From an uncultured Isosphaeraceae bacterium (lineage in GTDB: Bacteria; Planctomycetota; Phycisphaerae; Phycisphaerales; SM1A02), in contig CAZRBV010000005.1 of NCBI GenBank assembly GCA_964598425.1, positions 1-64,000 of the forward strand: a DNA stretch of 64,000 bases, given 5' to 3'. How positions within the stretch are numbered: the stretch's first letter is position 1; each line of letters starts with the position of its first letter. The notes beneath the pieces were generated by a model that was given only the letters and a program-made list of their open reading frames with translations, did not search any database and had not been told where the DNA came from. The position numbers were made by a program, and so were the translations under genes. Shown here piece by piece: positions 27,820-37,858 of this stretch.

Positions 27820-29232
27820 TCAAGCCAGCTGCTCAGAACCTGCGGCTGGTGCGGCGTCATCATCCCAATCCTCCTCGGGGAAGAGCGGGTCCCAGGATTC
27901 CTCGGGATCGGTCTGGTACATCGCGCCAAAGAACATGGCGATGAATCCTGCAATGCGCATGCCGTAGAAGGCACCAATGAAGGCCATGAGTCCATTCCAC
28001 AAGAAGAGCGCCGCTTCGCCGCGCGAAAAGGCGATGGTCTGTCCAAGTGCGCAACCGCATGGAATGATGATGAACGGCCGATGCAGCGCTGTCACAGTTC
28101 TTTCATCGAGGGCCCTGACGATAAGGCCCATAACGATGGCGTAAAACGGTAGCGCAAGCCACGGGAAGTCGTGGGCGATGTGACCGATGATGCCAGGACC
28201 GACGTTGAATACATCGCCGGATCCCTTTCGCCGAATGGCGCCATCGTGCACCATGTCCTTGGCCAATGGATAGGGTTTGTTGGGCCAGATGACGCGGGGG
28301 ATCGGCATGGCGACCAGAAACTTCACCTGGTGCATGAAAACATACGGATAGGCATGACCGTACGTTTCGATTGCCCACATGCTGAGGGGGCCGGCATTCT
28401 GCCCGGTGAGCACTGCCGTCAGGCCCGAAGTGATGTCCTCGACATTGAGCTCGGTGAGCCGTGTGATTCGGTCGCCAATACTCTGATGCTCGTATGCACC
28501 ACCACTTCGCCGCGTCGCCGTGTAGGCGGTCAGCACAAACAGACCGATCAGCCCGAAGATGGTGACCTTGCGAATGAGCGTGTGCAGCGGAAACCGCCGC
28601 CAGTATGCGTAGTAAATCGCCCAGCCGAATCCCAGTGGAACACCGATCGTGCCTCGGCGGCCGAAGGATTGATACGACACCGCCGTCAGGGCGAGCAGGA
28701 GAATGCCGAACGCCAGCCCGATGTAGATCGGGTTGCGGAAGTCTCTCGACCAGGCCCATGCCGCCGTCGCAGCGCACGCCGTCAGGACGCCAGCGCCTGC
28801 TTGCGAGGCGAGGATGCCGATGAGCGGGATCCACATCAGCACCATTTTCATAAACGCCCCGATGCCGAGCAGAAGCAGCGACAAGGCAAACCACCCACCG
28901 GCTGCCCCGTCCCAGTCTCCCTTTCCGATTCCGCGGACGTAACGCAGGACGCCCCAGTCGCGGGCGTATGACCACTCGAAAAGGATCAGGAACAGGGTCG
29001 CCATGAAGGCGAAGATCATCGGCGTGATCGTCTTGTCATCTGGCTCCAGATTGCCGTAAATGCTGAAGGCCAGGCCGAGAATGCTGCTGGTCAGCTGGAA
29101 GATTGTGAAACCAGCCAGGAACACCGTGTGAATGCTGAGCAGCTCAGCGCGGCGCCGAGCCGCCAGCTTGATAACCCGGACAACGATCCAGACGATGAGG
29201 CAGGCGAGATAGAGGGAAACGATGAATCGCAT
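27820..29232 (-). CDS. Polytopic inner-membrane protein (>=10 TM), possibly an oligosaccharide-repeat polymerase/ligase (Wzy/O-antigen-ligase-like)
   Basis: Hydrophobic segments run throughout, with a large loop near the C-terminal third and an acidic cytoplasmic tail (EEDWDDDAAPAAGSE). The function call is by architecture only. Confidence 0.4.
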   Translation of the reverse strand: MRFIVSLYLACLIVWIVVRVIKLAARRRAELLSIHTVFLAGFTIFQLTSSILGLAFSIYGNLEPDDKTITPMIFAFMATLFLILFEWSYARDWGVLRYVRGIGKGDWDGAAGGWFALSLLLLGIGAFMKMVLMWIPLIGILASQAGAGVLTACAATAAWAWSRDFRNPIYIGLAFGILLLALTAVSYQSFGRRGTIGVPLGFGWAIYYAYWRRFPLHTLIRKVTIFGLIGLFVLTAYTATRRSGGAYEHQSIGDRITRLTELNVEDITSGLTAVLTGQNAGPLSMWAIETYGHAYPYVFMHQVKFLVAMPIPRVIWPNKPYPLAKDMVHDGAIRRKGSGDVFNVGPGIIGHIAHDFPWLALPFYAIVMGLIVRALDERTVTALHRPFIIIPCGCALGQTIAFSRGEAALFLWNGLMAFIGAFYGMRIAGFIAMFFGAMYQTDPEESWDPLFPEEDWDDDAAPAAGSEQLA

Positions 29233-29291
29233 GGTGAGATGCCCTGGCGGGGAAAGATCATATGCGGATCGACCAAGCGGGCACGATTGGA

Positions 29292-30560
29292 TCAGGGAAT
29301 GCGGCGTACGGCGAGAATTGTTCGATCGTCCTGCGGCGGCTGGCCATTTCGGAAGGTCTCGATGTCGCCTCGCAGCTCCTCCAGCGTCTCGACGATCGGC
29401 CGCGAGGGCTCATCCGCGAGCAGGTCCGCCAGTCTTTCGATTCCGTAAAAGCCCCCGTCCGCATCGAGTGCCTCGAAAATCCCATCGCTCGGAATGGCGA
29501 GGATGTCGCCCGGCTTCATGTCGATGCGAGTCGTGGCATCTGCATCAATCTGCTCCAACACACCCAGTGGGGGAACGTCTGCGTCGTACGTGACCACTTC
29601 GCCATCAGCGCGAACCAGCAACATCGGACCGTGTCCCGCCGCCAGCGAGTGCACGGCTCCGCCTGCGGCATCGAGTTGTCCAAACCAACCGGTGACGAAC
29701 TGCATCGGAGATGTGTCCTGCCACAGCTGGGTATTGAGCTCTGAGACCATGTCCAGAAGGGGGGCGTTCAGACGAACGGCCATACGAAGCATGGATCGCA
29801 CTTGCGTGACCGAAATGGCAGGGCCGATTCCGTGACCGGTTGCGTCTCCGACCATGAGCATCGCGCCGCCATCGATATCGATTGCATCGTAGGCATCGCC
29901 TCCGGTCGCATCGGCGGGCATACTCCATCCGTGGATTTCCCAGCCATCCAACTCTGGAAACGTGTTCGGGAAGGTTGCTGCCTGGATCTTTCTCGCGATG
30001 TCCAGATCATGTTGGAGCTTGACCAGTTCGAGTCGGTCTGCGAGGAGTCGTGACCGGCGCATCGCGACGGCCGATTGGGCAGCAAGTGCCGAAGCGATGT
30101 TTTCGCATTCTTCTCCGAATGGACCGGCTCGTCTATTGAGAACCTGCGCGACGCCCACGAGCTCACCGACGTCGGTGGCGACCAGTGGAATCGTCAGCAG
30201 ATTACGGGTTCGGTATCCCGTTTTCTCGTCGACACCTCGATAGAAACGGTCATCGGCATAGGCATCCGAAATGTTGATGATCTCTCGTGACTCGCCCGCC
30301 GCCCCGGCGATTCCCGTTCCAAGGGGGACGCGAATATCATCTAACGACTCCATCAACACGCCGTCTGGACCGTGTCCTGCAACTGCAACGAGTTCGTTGT
30401 CCTTCGCGCGAAACTCAAACACGGTAGCCCGTTCAGCTTCAAGAATGTCACGAAGGCAGTCTGCGACGCGGCAAATGACAGCCTGCGGTTCGTCGGTGCT
30501 GCCAAGTACGCGGCTGACTTCGAGAATGCAATCGATTTGTTCGCGTGAGATATCCGGCAT
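29292..30560 (-). CDS. GAF-domain / PP2C-family (SpoIIE/RsbU-type) serine phosphatase
   Basis: N-terminal GAF-like region (ILEVSRVLGSTDEPQAVICRVADCLRDIL...ATVFEF). C-terminal PP2C motifs GGDAYDAIDIDGG, MVGDATGHGIGPA, DGIFEA. Confidence 0.8.
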   Translation of the reverse strand: MPDISREQIDCILEVSRVLGSTDEPQAVICRVADCLRDILEAERATVFEFRAKDNELVAVAGHGPDGVLMESLDDIRVPLGTGIAGAAGESREIINISDAYADDRFYRGVDEKTGYRTRNLLTIPLVATDVGELVGVAQVLNRRAGPFGEECENIASALAAQSAVAMRRSRLLADRLELVKLQHDLDIARKIQAATFPNTFPELDGWEIHGWSMPADATGGDAYDAIDIDGGAMLMVGDATGHGIGPAISVTQVRSMLRMAVRLNAPLLDMVSELNTQLWQDTSPMQFVTGWFGQLDAAGGAVHSLAAGHGPMLLVRADGEVVTYDADVPPLGVLEQIDADATTRIDMKPGDILAIPSDGIFEALDADGGFYGIERLADLLADEPSRPIVETLEELRGDIETFRNGQPPQDDRTILAVRRIP

Positions 30561-30580
30561 GTGGAGTCCTGTTGGAGAGA

Positions 30581-33250
30581 CTACTTCTCTTGCAGCCGCA
30601 GCGCGTGTGGCATCGGGTCCGACGCATCCCGTACGACCTCGGCAAACCTTCTGGTAATCGCTGTGGTGCCGCCAATCGCCTCGAGATCCTCCAGAGACGC
30701 TCGTGCGGCCGCTCGGTTTCCTTCTCGGATTGCGGCGGCAAGCGCTGCCCGCCGTGTGACTACCTCGGCCGATTCCGTCGGGATCGAGAGGGTCCAGGAA
30801 TCAACGATGGCTCTTTTTCCAACGACCTGAATCGGCCCGACCTCGATGAAGGGCAGGTCGGCATCGGCTGCCAATACCTGCGTTCGACCATCCAGCAGGA
30901 TGGACGTTCCCAATTGTTTGTTGGCCGACTCCAACCGAGCGGCGAGATTGGCTACGTCGCCGATGACGGTGTAGTCATTCAGCCGTGGTGGGGCGCCGCA
31001 GTCTCCAACCAGCGCCTCGCCAGTGGCGATACCGATCCGCAAGCCGAGTTGAGGTTGATTCAGCGCTGGATCTGCGTTGATCGTAGTCATGAACTCCTGA
31101 CACTCAATGGCCGCGTGGCAGGCGAGCGCTGCCTGATCCGACTGGATTCCAAAGGCCGACCAGAAGGCAAGGAATCCGTCGCCGAGAAACTTGTTGAGAT
31201 AGGCATCACGTGATGTGACGCGATCGGTCAGGCCAGCCATACAGCGATTGAGAAGTGCGACTGTTTGCTCGCTTCCGAGCCGCTCGCTGATCTGGGTGAA
31301 TCCGGCGAGGTCCCCGAACATGACGCACACCTCGCGGCGAACACCGAGCATGCTGAGCGCATTCGGGTCTCGGGCCAGCTCGTCAACGAGGGCCTCTGGG
31401 ACGCGGGCCCGGAACTGTCGTGTGACTCGCCGTTTCTCTTGCTGCACCAGCATCGCTCGAGATCCGGTTCCGGTTGCCCACGAGAGCGTCATGGCGACAA
31501 TGGGAGCAGCAGCGGGAAGCACAACCGATTCGTACGAGAACATCGCGATCAGGCTGATGACCCACAGTGCCAGGAGGCCACACGATGCCGCTGTAGCGGG
31601 CCACGGCCCGAGTGAGGCGACAAGGATTGCAATGAGAAGGCCGAGTCCTGCCGAGGCGGCCGGTGACCACCACCGCGGCCCTTCACGCAAGGAGCGATCT
31701 TGAAGCACCATGTCTGCGAGGGCCGCATGAACCATGACGCCCGGCGTTCGCGGACCGGCAGCCGTTGGGATGAAGTCAGCGACCGTACCGGTTGCCGTCC
31801 AGCCGACGAAAACGAGTCGATCCTGCACGGCATCGCGAAGCGTTTGTTCAACCTGCGTGATGCGTTCGGTCGCCTCTCGTGCCGCTTCGCCCGCGATGCG
31901 CCAATCAAGCATGCGGGTGAGAAGATCACGCTCCGCCTCATCGAGGTGCTCGAGCTCAGACTCAAGGGCCTTACGGCTGCGGATGTCGCCGAGGGTGAAG
32001 TCGACCTCATCGGCAACTTCCCGCTGCAGTTCTTCCGAGAGCCAGTCATCGGCCTCCATTGCCGGGTCCATGCGAATGCCCCGGATCAGATCACGCGAGG
32101 CTTCCGCTTGGAGGTCTCTGGCTTGCTCACGTGTCTGCCGAGCTCTGGCGAGAAGAACAATCTCGCCAATGGAGATGTGCCCGGTAAACCTCGCATCATC
32201 TTCGAGCGTTCGATGAAGATCTGGCCAGTCCATTCCGTGGCTGCTTCGAGGCCAGCACAGGGTGATTGCGTCGCCGCTCAGCGGAAGCCGTACATCTCCG
32301 ATGGCAACCGCATCATCTTCAACGACGTACGGAGTGTCTGCTCCGAGAAAACGCCGAACCGCCGCTATGCCGAGGGGAGGTACGCGCTCTCCGTGACCGA
32401 TGGGCTGAGTAGGAAGCAAGTGACGCACTCCGCCGTCGGAACTTCGGCGGGCGATGTTGACATACCCGGATCCTCCCGCTCCCTCACCAAACTCCGGCAG
32501 CGGGAAACGGTCACTGGGGGATGGTTGGTGTGCCGGCCCGCCGGAGATTCCTCCTGGAAGGGCCGACCGACCCTGGTGTTGCCGAAGTGCCGCGTCAATG
32601 AGCGGCTCCATCGCGCCGCGCTCGTTGCCAGCGAGTTCAAGTACACGCTGTTGATCCGCTGTCGTTGTGGCGAGGTCGAAGATGGCGCGGCGGCGAAGGA
32701 GATGCAGCGTATCGGTCGCGGCATCCGGACCACCAATCCGGGGATCACGCGAGAGGTCGCTCCGCATGCCATCAAGCGTCTGCTCAAGTATCTCTGGCGA
32801 TCCGCCGGCGGCCGTCCATCTCGCCTCAAGCTCATCGGGCATGAGCAGCACGCCCAGTACGATGTTGTGATCGATGGCGTCGGCCAGGAGTTGATCGTGA
32901 TTGGTCTGGATAGGTGGAGGCCCGGGATGCCACGTGGCCTGTTGGGGATCGGCCAGATCAAGATCAACGGCGATCGTTCGAGCTCCGGCCCGTCTGAGTT
33001 CATGCAGCGCACCGGCGAGGTCGGCTCGCGGCCAGGGCCACCGTCCCAATCGTTCCAGCGCCCGGTCATCAATGTCGGCCATGACAATCTCGGGCGACAT
33101 CGGCTCTGTGTCCCGGGGAAGATGTTGCTGTTCGAGATCCAGCAACCGCTCGTTCCAGCCGTGAAATCCTCCGGTCACATCGATCAAAACGACGATGAGG
33201 GTCGCCGTCACCGCTGAGAGAAGAACGCTGCTACTGGTGTTGCCCATCAC
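30581..33250 (-). CDS. CHASE2 sensor domain / class III adenylate-guanylate cyclase
   Basis: N-terminal TM plus periplasmic CHASE2-like region (RLGRWPWPRADLAGAL...), then three TM segments. The cyclase domain has VCVMFGDLAGFTQISE, NKFLGDGFLAFW, LRIGIATGEALVGDCGAPPRLNDYTVIGDVANLAARLE. Confidence 0.85.
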   Translation of the reverse strand: MMGNTSSSVLLSAVTATLIVVLIDVTGGFHGWNERLLDLEQQHLPRDTEPMSPEIVMADIDDRALERLGRWPWPRADLAGALHELRRAGARTIAVDLDLADPQQATWHPGPPPIQTNHDQLLADAIDHNIVLGVLLMPDELEARWTAAGGSPEILEQTLDGMRSDLSRDPRIGGPDAATDTLHLLRRRAIFDLATTTADQQRVLELAGNERGAMEPLIDAALRQHQGRSALPGGISGGPAHQPSPSDRFPLPEFGEGAGGSGYVNIARRSSDGGVRHLLPTQPIGHGERVPPLGIAAVRRFLGADTPYVVEDDAVAIGDVRLPLSGDAITLCWPRSSHGMDWPDLHRTLEDDARFTGHISIGEIVLLARARQTREQARDLQAEASRDLIRGIRMDPAMEADDWLSEELQREVADEVDFTLGDIRSRKALESELEHLDEAERDLLTRMLDWRIAGEAAREATERITQVEQTLRDAVQDRLVFVGWTATGTVADFIPTAAGPRTPGVMVHAALADMVLQDRSLREGPRWWSPAASAGLGLLIAILVASLGPWPATAASCGLLALWVISLIAMFSYESVVLPAAAPIVAMTLSWATGTGSRAMLVQQEKRRVTRQFRARVPEALVDELARDPNALSMLGVRREVCVMFGDLAGFTQISERLGSEQTVALLNRCMAGLTDRVTSRDAYLNKFLGDGFLAFWSAFGIQSDQAALACHAAIECQEFMTTINADPALNQPQLGLRIGIATGEALVGDCGAPPRLNDYTVIGDVANLAARLESANKQLGTSILLDGRTQVLAADADLPFIEVGPIQVVGKRAIVDSWTLSIPTESAEVVTRRAALAAAIREGNRAAARASLEDLEAIGGTTAITRRFAEVVRDASDPMPHALRLQEK

Positions 33251-33321
33251 GCTGCTGGCAGCGTAGCAAGGATGGCCCCAGTGGGCTCCCCTGCGGGAAA
33301 GAGGGCTGGCTCAGGCGCGAG

Positions 33322-34845
33322 TCACGGACACCACGCGCAGTCGCCGCCATCGGGCAGCTCGTAGGTGCCATCGGCTGGACCGTACTGCAGGGCCTGCCCG
33401 TACGGAGTGAGCCCTGGCTGATAGCCCGGCGGCTGGTACTCGTTATAGAGCACCGCGTTCATTGCGTTGGCGAATGCCTCTCGGCAGACTTCAATCTTGT
33501 TGCCATCGCCATCGAAGGTTGTGACGCAGAACTCGTTGACGATGGTCATCATCGTTCGAAGATCGGTGTCACCGGTGAATGGTTGCCCGGTCCATTGCCC
33601 GTCACCGTAGTCGAGGATCGCGGCATAGGTTCCTGGAATAGGGCTGTCCCCATTGGGCAGATCAACCCCAAATGGAATGGTCATGTACTCGTGGCCGTCC
33701 TGACCCTCGTGGATGTACTCGATGCGAGATGAATCGTGAAAACCTGTTGCGTTGAAGAGTCCGGACTCAAATCTGGCCGCGACGCGGTGGCCCGCAGGAT
33801 TGTATGGGTCAAGCGGCCCGACATCCTTGAGTTTCATATCCCAGTAGAGCGCCGTTGCAACCGATCCCATGTCCTCGGGAAGCACAACACCGTTGGGAGG
33901 GAAGTACCACGAGAAGCCGTCCTGAATAAAGGGGTCGCCGAATTCCTCTTCAAGGATCTCGTCGGCGATGGCTTGCTGCTGATCGGCCAGCAAGACGCGG
34001 ACCGACTGATTGATGGGATTGGCGTTGGAAACAGCCTGCGTCGTCTGGTCAGGGGCGTCTTGTTTATCCTGTGACTCTGTGGCTTGCAGCGGGGGTGGTC
34101 CAGATGCTTCCATGGCGCCAGCAACAGCAGGATCTGGCGTCTTCTGAGTCGAGATGGCATCGCCCGACATCAGGTGGGAGACCTTGCTGCCGTAATAGCG
34201 CATGGCGATTGCGTTCATCGCATTGGTGCGGGCGCCGAAGACCTGCGTGCCGTGCAAGGCGCTATGCCCAACGGCCATGCCAGTGCCCCGCACAGCCAGG
34301 GCACCCGAAGGCGTGAGCACCGAGAAGTCGTTTGTCAGGCCGACTTGTCCGACTTCAATGTCTGCGCGTCCGCGATTGACCTGCACCATGGTCTTGAGCG
34401 TGTCGCCGGCGTGCGTGATCTGGGGAAGCGTGACACGCGATCCGCTGTCAACAAACACATGCGAGTTGATGCCGACCCGAAGCATCATCCATGAATGCAG
34501 CCCGGTGCGAATCATCGCACCTGGTTCAAGGATGTCGTCCTTGGCGGCTTTCTTCCACTTCGCCTTGTCTCCCGATCGCCACTGAACCTTTCCAGTGTGC
34601 TCCATGATGACCGCGCGAAGAATGCGCGTCTCATTGTCCGGCAGCGCCTCGGCAGCCTTGAGAGCAATCTTCTTGAGCGCCGCAAGGCGAGCTTGAATGG
34701 CGTCCTTGCTGTTTGTGGCGACGGGTTGGAGACTCTGTCCGACTGTCGTCGTTTCAACGGGAGCTTCCTGCGCGCCGACCCACAAGCCGAGTGTCAGCGA
34801 TGCAGCCATTGCTGTGGTCCACGTGATTGAGCGTGTGATCGTCAT
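33322..34845 (-). CDS. Secreted FecR-domain protein with a Cys-containing C-terminal domain
   Basis: Signal peptide (MAASLTLGLWVGAQEAP). FecR-like core (KVQWRSGDKAKWKKAAKDDILEPGAMIRTGLHSWMMLRVGINSHVFVDSGSRVTL...ADIEV). Its start overlaps the upstream stop (ATGA 34842-34845). Confidence 0.6.
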   Translation of the reverse strand: MTITRSITWTTAMAASLTLGLWVGAQEAPVETTTVGQSLQPVATNSKDAIQARLAALKKIALKAAEALPDNETRILRAVIMEHTGKVQWRSGDKAKWKKAAKDDILEPGAMIRTGLHSWMMLRVGINSHVFVDSGSRVTLPQITHAGDTLKTMVQVNRGRADIEVGQVGLTNDFSVLTPSGALAVRGTGMAVGHSALHGTQVFGARTNAMNAIAMRYYGSKVSHLMSGDAISTQKTPDPAVAGAMEASGPPPLQATESQDKQDAPDQTTQAVSNANPINQSVRVLLADQQQAIADEILEEEFGDPFIQDGFSWYFPPNGVVLPEDMGSVATALYWDMKLKDVGPLDPYNPAGHRVAARFESGLFNATGFHDSSRIEYIHEGQDGHEYMTIPFGVDLPNGDSPIPGTYAAILDYGDGQWTGQPFTGDTDLRTMMTIVNEFCVTTFDGDGNKIEVCREAFANAMNAVLYNEYQPPGYQPGLTPYGQALQYGPADGTYELPDGGDCAWCP

Positions 34846-35501
34846 GGTGTCGAGTCACCTTCCTCGGCCGTTGCCGTCGCTCCGGAGTCCTGCTCCGAGG
34901 GCGGCGGCTCAGCCGGCTGGGCGGGGCTGGGGGCGGAGCCCTCAGCCGGTAGGGATGGCACCTGGGCGTTTCGTGCCGTCCAGGCGCGATCGATCAGGAG
35001 ACGCTGTTCGGCAGCACCGAGCAGCGCAATGTATTCGGCCCCACTCAGGGCCTCATGCTCAGTTATGCCGGGTATGAGCCCCATGTGAACCAGTTCTCGG
35101 GTGCAATATCTCGGAGTCGCCCCAAAGAGCTGCATTGATAGACCACCCCGCACATCCAGTATGTGGCACAGGCAGACCGCAACAAAGCCCATTTCAACCG
35201 ATTCATTGGGGGGGAGGGCCTCCGAATCAGCCTGTATCCACCCTTGCTGGATCGCGGCCTGCCATCTTGCTGCCCATGAATCTCCTGCAGGCACCTCTGA
35301 GAGCAGAAGAAGCCCGTGCACGGCATCGTCATTGGTGGTAACGGCCTGCGTTTCCAGTGCGTCCCAGAAATCCAGTGAGTCATCGGCAGTCGGAAACTGG
35401 GCGGCGGCCGGGGAGTCAACCGTTGTGCGGTCCATGAGTCCGCATCCGGCGAGGCCCAGCATGGTTGTCAACATGGCTCCAGTCATGAATTCAGAATGCA
35501 T
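34842..35501 (-). CDS. Lipoprotein, function unknown
   Basis: Lipobox TTMLGLAGCGLMD after the internal start MHSEFMTGAM. The track ORF extends to 35588, overlapping the upstream gene. Confidence 0.45.
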   Translation of the reverse strand: MHSEFMTGAMLTTMLGLAGCGLMDRTTVDSPAAAQFPTADDSLDFWDALETQAVTTNDDAVHGLLLLSEVPAGDSWAARWQAAIQQGWIQADSEALPPNESVEMGFVAVCLCHILDVRGGLSMQLFGATPRYCTRELVHMGLIPGITEHEALSGAEYIALLGAAEQRLLIDRAWTARNAQVPSLPAEGSAPSPAQPAEPPPSEQDSGATATAEEGDSTP

Positions 35502-36993
35502 AGGTGACACCTCCATAGAGGAACTGCCGCACCTGATCGATCGGTTCCGGGTTGCCCCCATTGGGGATGAAAAGGCCGTATCGGACATTGAAACTCACAT
35601 CGCTTGTGACGCTCCAGTCCATGCGGAGATCGCACTCCCAGCCCACGAATCGGCTTGGTGTAGACGGGGCAGATATCGGGGCGCTTGCAGTTGTCTTCCC
35701 GAATGCGAAGAAATCGACGCCGACGCGAAGGTCGTCTGGCCGCCTGGGGTCAATCGGGATTGCTGTACTTGCCCCAACCCTCGCCATGAGCAGATTCGTC
35801 ATGCTCGGCGCCAGGGCGAGGCCTGTGTTGATGTAGCCGAGGCTGTTGAATGCGTTGTCGGGAGATCCGGGCCAGTTGCCGCCGATGGTTGCCGAGCTTG
35901 AAAGACGATCCCCGTCACCCGTGCCAAAGCCAAGCGTGGCTTCGATTCGCGTGCTCTGATGATCATTCAGCAGATACATCATGTTCAGAACGCCTGCCCA
36001 GGCATCGATATCTTCATCGGTCTGAAGCGGTCCACTGACCGCGACAATTGGTGTTGACTTTCCGGTACCTGTTTCGTGGCACAGCTCCAGGGTGTACAGG
36101 AACTGATTGCCGATCGATCCGTCGGTGCCGAATGAGAGGTACTGAGAGTCGTACTGAAACTCCGTAGCGCCGAAGAAGGGAAGTACCACACTGTCATTGT
36201 TGTGATCGGTCTGAGCGAAGTATGAGACGTACGGCGCGAACTCAGGGGACACCTCGTACTGACCGCGGACTCCCCAGACGTGTCGATTTGTGTCGGTGTC
36301 GTAGTTGGGGCGGCTCACATCGAAGTCGTACAGGCCACTTCGAGCTGAAACACCTACGACACCCTCGATGGAAATCGCTTCCCACTCGGCCTGGATCTTG
36401 GCTCCATAGATGTCGTTGCTCCAGACGAGCCCGGAGTTCCAACTGATGAACTGTCGACCTGCCCGAACCGTAAGCCCAAGCGGGCCTGCGGCGCCCTCGT
36501 TGGCTCGCTGCCAGTCGGCCAGATCGAACTGATACCAGTACCGGTTTCCGATCGGATCAAGCCAACCTTCGTTCGCATTGCCGCTGTTGTAATAGTCGCT
36601 GTACAGAAAGCGGAGATTGCCGAAGAAACGGTGCCCGCCAGCGATGACCGTCTGGAGATACACGTTGGCTTCATACTGCCGCAGACCGTACGGTTCGAAA
36701 TTGGCGTCATCCAACTTCGCCCACCCGAAGCGAAGTGAGGCGCCATAGTCGAGGGTCAGCTGCTCTCCGAGCGTCTGGCCTCGATGATCGGCGAGTCGCC
36801 GGTCGATTTCTTCGTCGAGCATCTGCTGCTCGATTCGATTGAGCAGAGCCGATTCGCGGTTCTGTGCGGTGGCTGGCACCGACCATGAGCCGATCAGCAG
36901 CGCCACGATGGCAGTCTGGGCTGCCGAACCTGAGAATATGACTGGTCGTTCTGGCACGTGGTCTCCTCTCGTGGTGAGGGGGGAGAGCCCCAT
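35491..36993 (-). CDS. Putative outer-membrane beta-barrel protein
   Basis: Signal peptide (TAIVALLIGSWSVPATAQ). Alternating aromatic/hydrophilic strand-like pattern throughout, rich in Y/W/G/N/D, with a C-terminal ...YGGVTYAF (terminal Phe). Confidence 0.5.
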   Translation of the reverse strand: MGLSPLTTRGDHVPERPVIFSGSAAQTAIVALLIGSWSVPATAQNRESALLNRIEQQMLDEEIDRRLADHRGQTLGEQLTLDYGASLRFGWAKLDDANFEPYGLRQYEANVYLQTVIAGGHRFFGNLRFLYSDYYNSGNANEGWLDPIGNRYWYQFDLADWQRANEGAAGPLGLTVRAGRQFISWNSGLVWSNDIYGAKIQAEWEAISIEGVVGVSARSGLYDFDVSRPNYDTDTNRHVWGVRGQYEVSPEFAPYVSYFAQTDHNNDSVVLPFFGATEFQYDSQYLSFGTDGSIGNQFLYTLELCHETGTGKSTPIVAVSGPLQTDEDIDAWAGVLNMMYLLNDHQSTRIEATLGFGTGDGDRLSSSATIGGNWPGSPDNAFNSLGYINTGLALAPSMTNLLMARVGASTAIPIDPRRPDDLRVGVDFFAFGKTTASAPISAPSTPSRFVGWECDLRMDWSVTSDVSFNVRYGLFIPNGGNPEPIDQVRQFLYGGVTYAF

Positions 36994-37104
36994 GTGGAGG
37001 CAGACCCTGGGGGGAGCATTCCACCCCTACAGGGTCGCCGGGGAGTCTAACCAGTCTGTGGAATGACGTGGCACGCGATCGGTTTCCATGCGACCATGTA
37101 CAGC

Positions 37105-37845
37105 ATGAGACTGATCGTGACCGGAATCGGAGATGCATTCAGCGCCCTGCACTACGGATCCAGCGGCATCATTGATGGTGGCTGCGGTCTGGTGGCCATC
37201 GACTGCCCCGGTGCGGTGCTTGCGATGTACCGATCTGCGGCAGCGAGAAGCGGAGTCGAGGTGACATTTGAGCACGTCGATGACATCATTCTCACCCACC
37301 TGCATGGCGACCACAGCAATGGGCTGGAGACAATTGGTTTCGCACGACGCTACGCGGCGAGCCAGATCATCCGCCCGAGATTGCACGCGCTTCCTGAGGT
37401 TCTGGATCGCGTGTGGGAGAAGCTCGCGCCAGCCATGGACGGGGCAGCTCAGGGAGGCGAGCCGAGCACACTCGAGGACTACTTCGATCCGAGGCCGCTC
37501 GATCCCGAAGGCGCGGTGCAAATCGGAGGGATGGATGTGCGATGCCGCCGAACGCAGCACTCCATACCGACGGCCGGGCTTCTATTGAGAGCCGCAACCG
37601 GCACGCTGGGCTGGAGTGGCGACACGCAGTTTGAACAGGCCCATATCGACTGGCTGGCCGAGGCAGATTGCATTGTGCACGAGTGCGGAGGGGGCGATAC
37701 GCATACGAAGTGGGAGGAACTTGATGCCCTCCCAGCCGAGATCAAGTCTCGGATCCGTCTCATTCATCGGCCCGACTCTGCCGTGGATCCGGGGGGCGTT
37801 ATGAGGCCCCTCACCGAGGGCGAGGTGATCGACATCCACGGGTGA
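37105..37845 (+). CDS. MBL-fold metallo-hydrolase
   Basis: MRLIVTGIGDAFS... and the THLHGDH (HxHxDH) zinc motif. The gene ends 13 nt before the gcvP start. Confidence 0.7.
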   Translation: MRLIVTGIGDAFSALHYGSSGIIDGGCGLVAIDCPGAVLAMYRSAAARSGVEVTFEHVDDIILTHLHGDHSNGLETIGFARRYAASQIIRPRLHALPEVLDRVWEKLAPAMDGAAQGGEPSTLEDYFDPRPLDPEGAVQIGGMDVRCRRTQHSIPTAGLLLRAATGTLGWSGDTQFEQAHIDWLAEADCIVHECGGGDTHTKWEELDALPAEIKSRIRLIHRPDSAVDPGGVMRPLTEGEVIDIHG

Positions 37846-37858
37846 ACATGGCTGGGGT

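Noticed and set aside
28103-28975. Two ~270-290-aa ORFs (one per strand) inside the polytopic membrane protein gene
   Set aside because: Both are Arg/Pro/His-rich low-complexity translations. The 470-aa hydrophobic reading frame is the only one with protein-like composition.
31700-33217. 505-aa plus-strand ORF antisense to the CHASE2 cyclase gene
   Set aside because: The minus strand encodes clearly recognisable CHASE2 and cyclase motifs. The plus-strand product is Arg/Ser/Pro-rich with no motifs, as expected for a stop-codon-poor antisense frame in GC-rich DNA.
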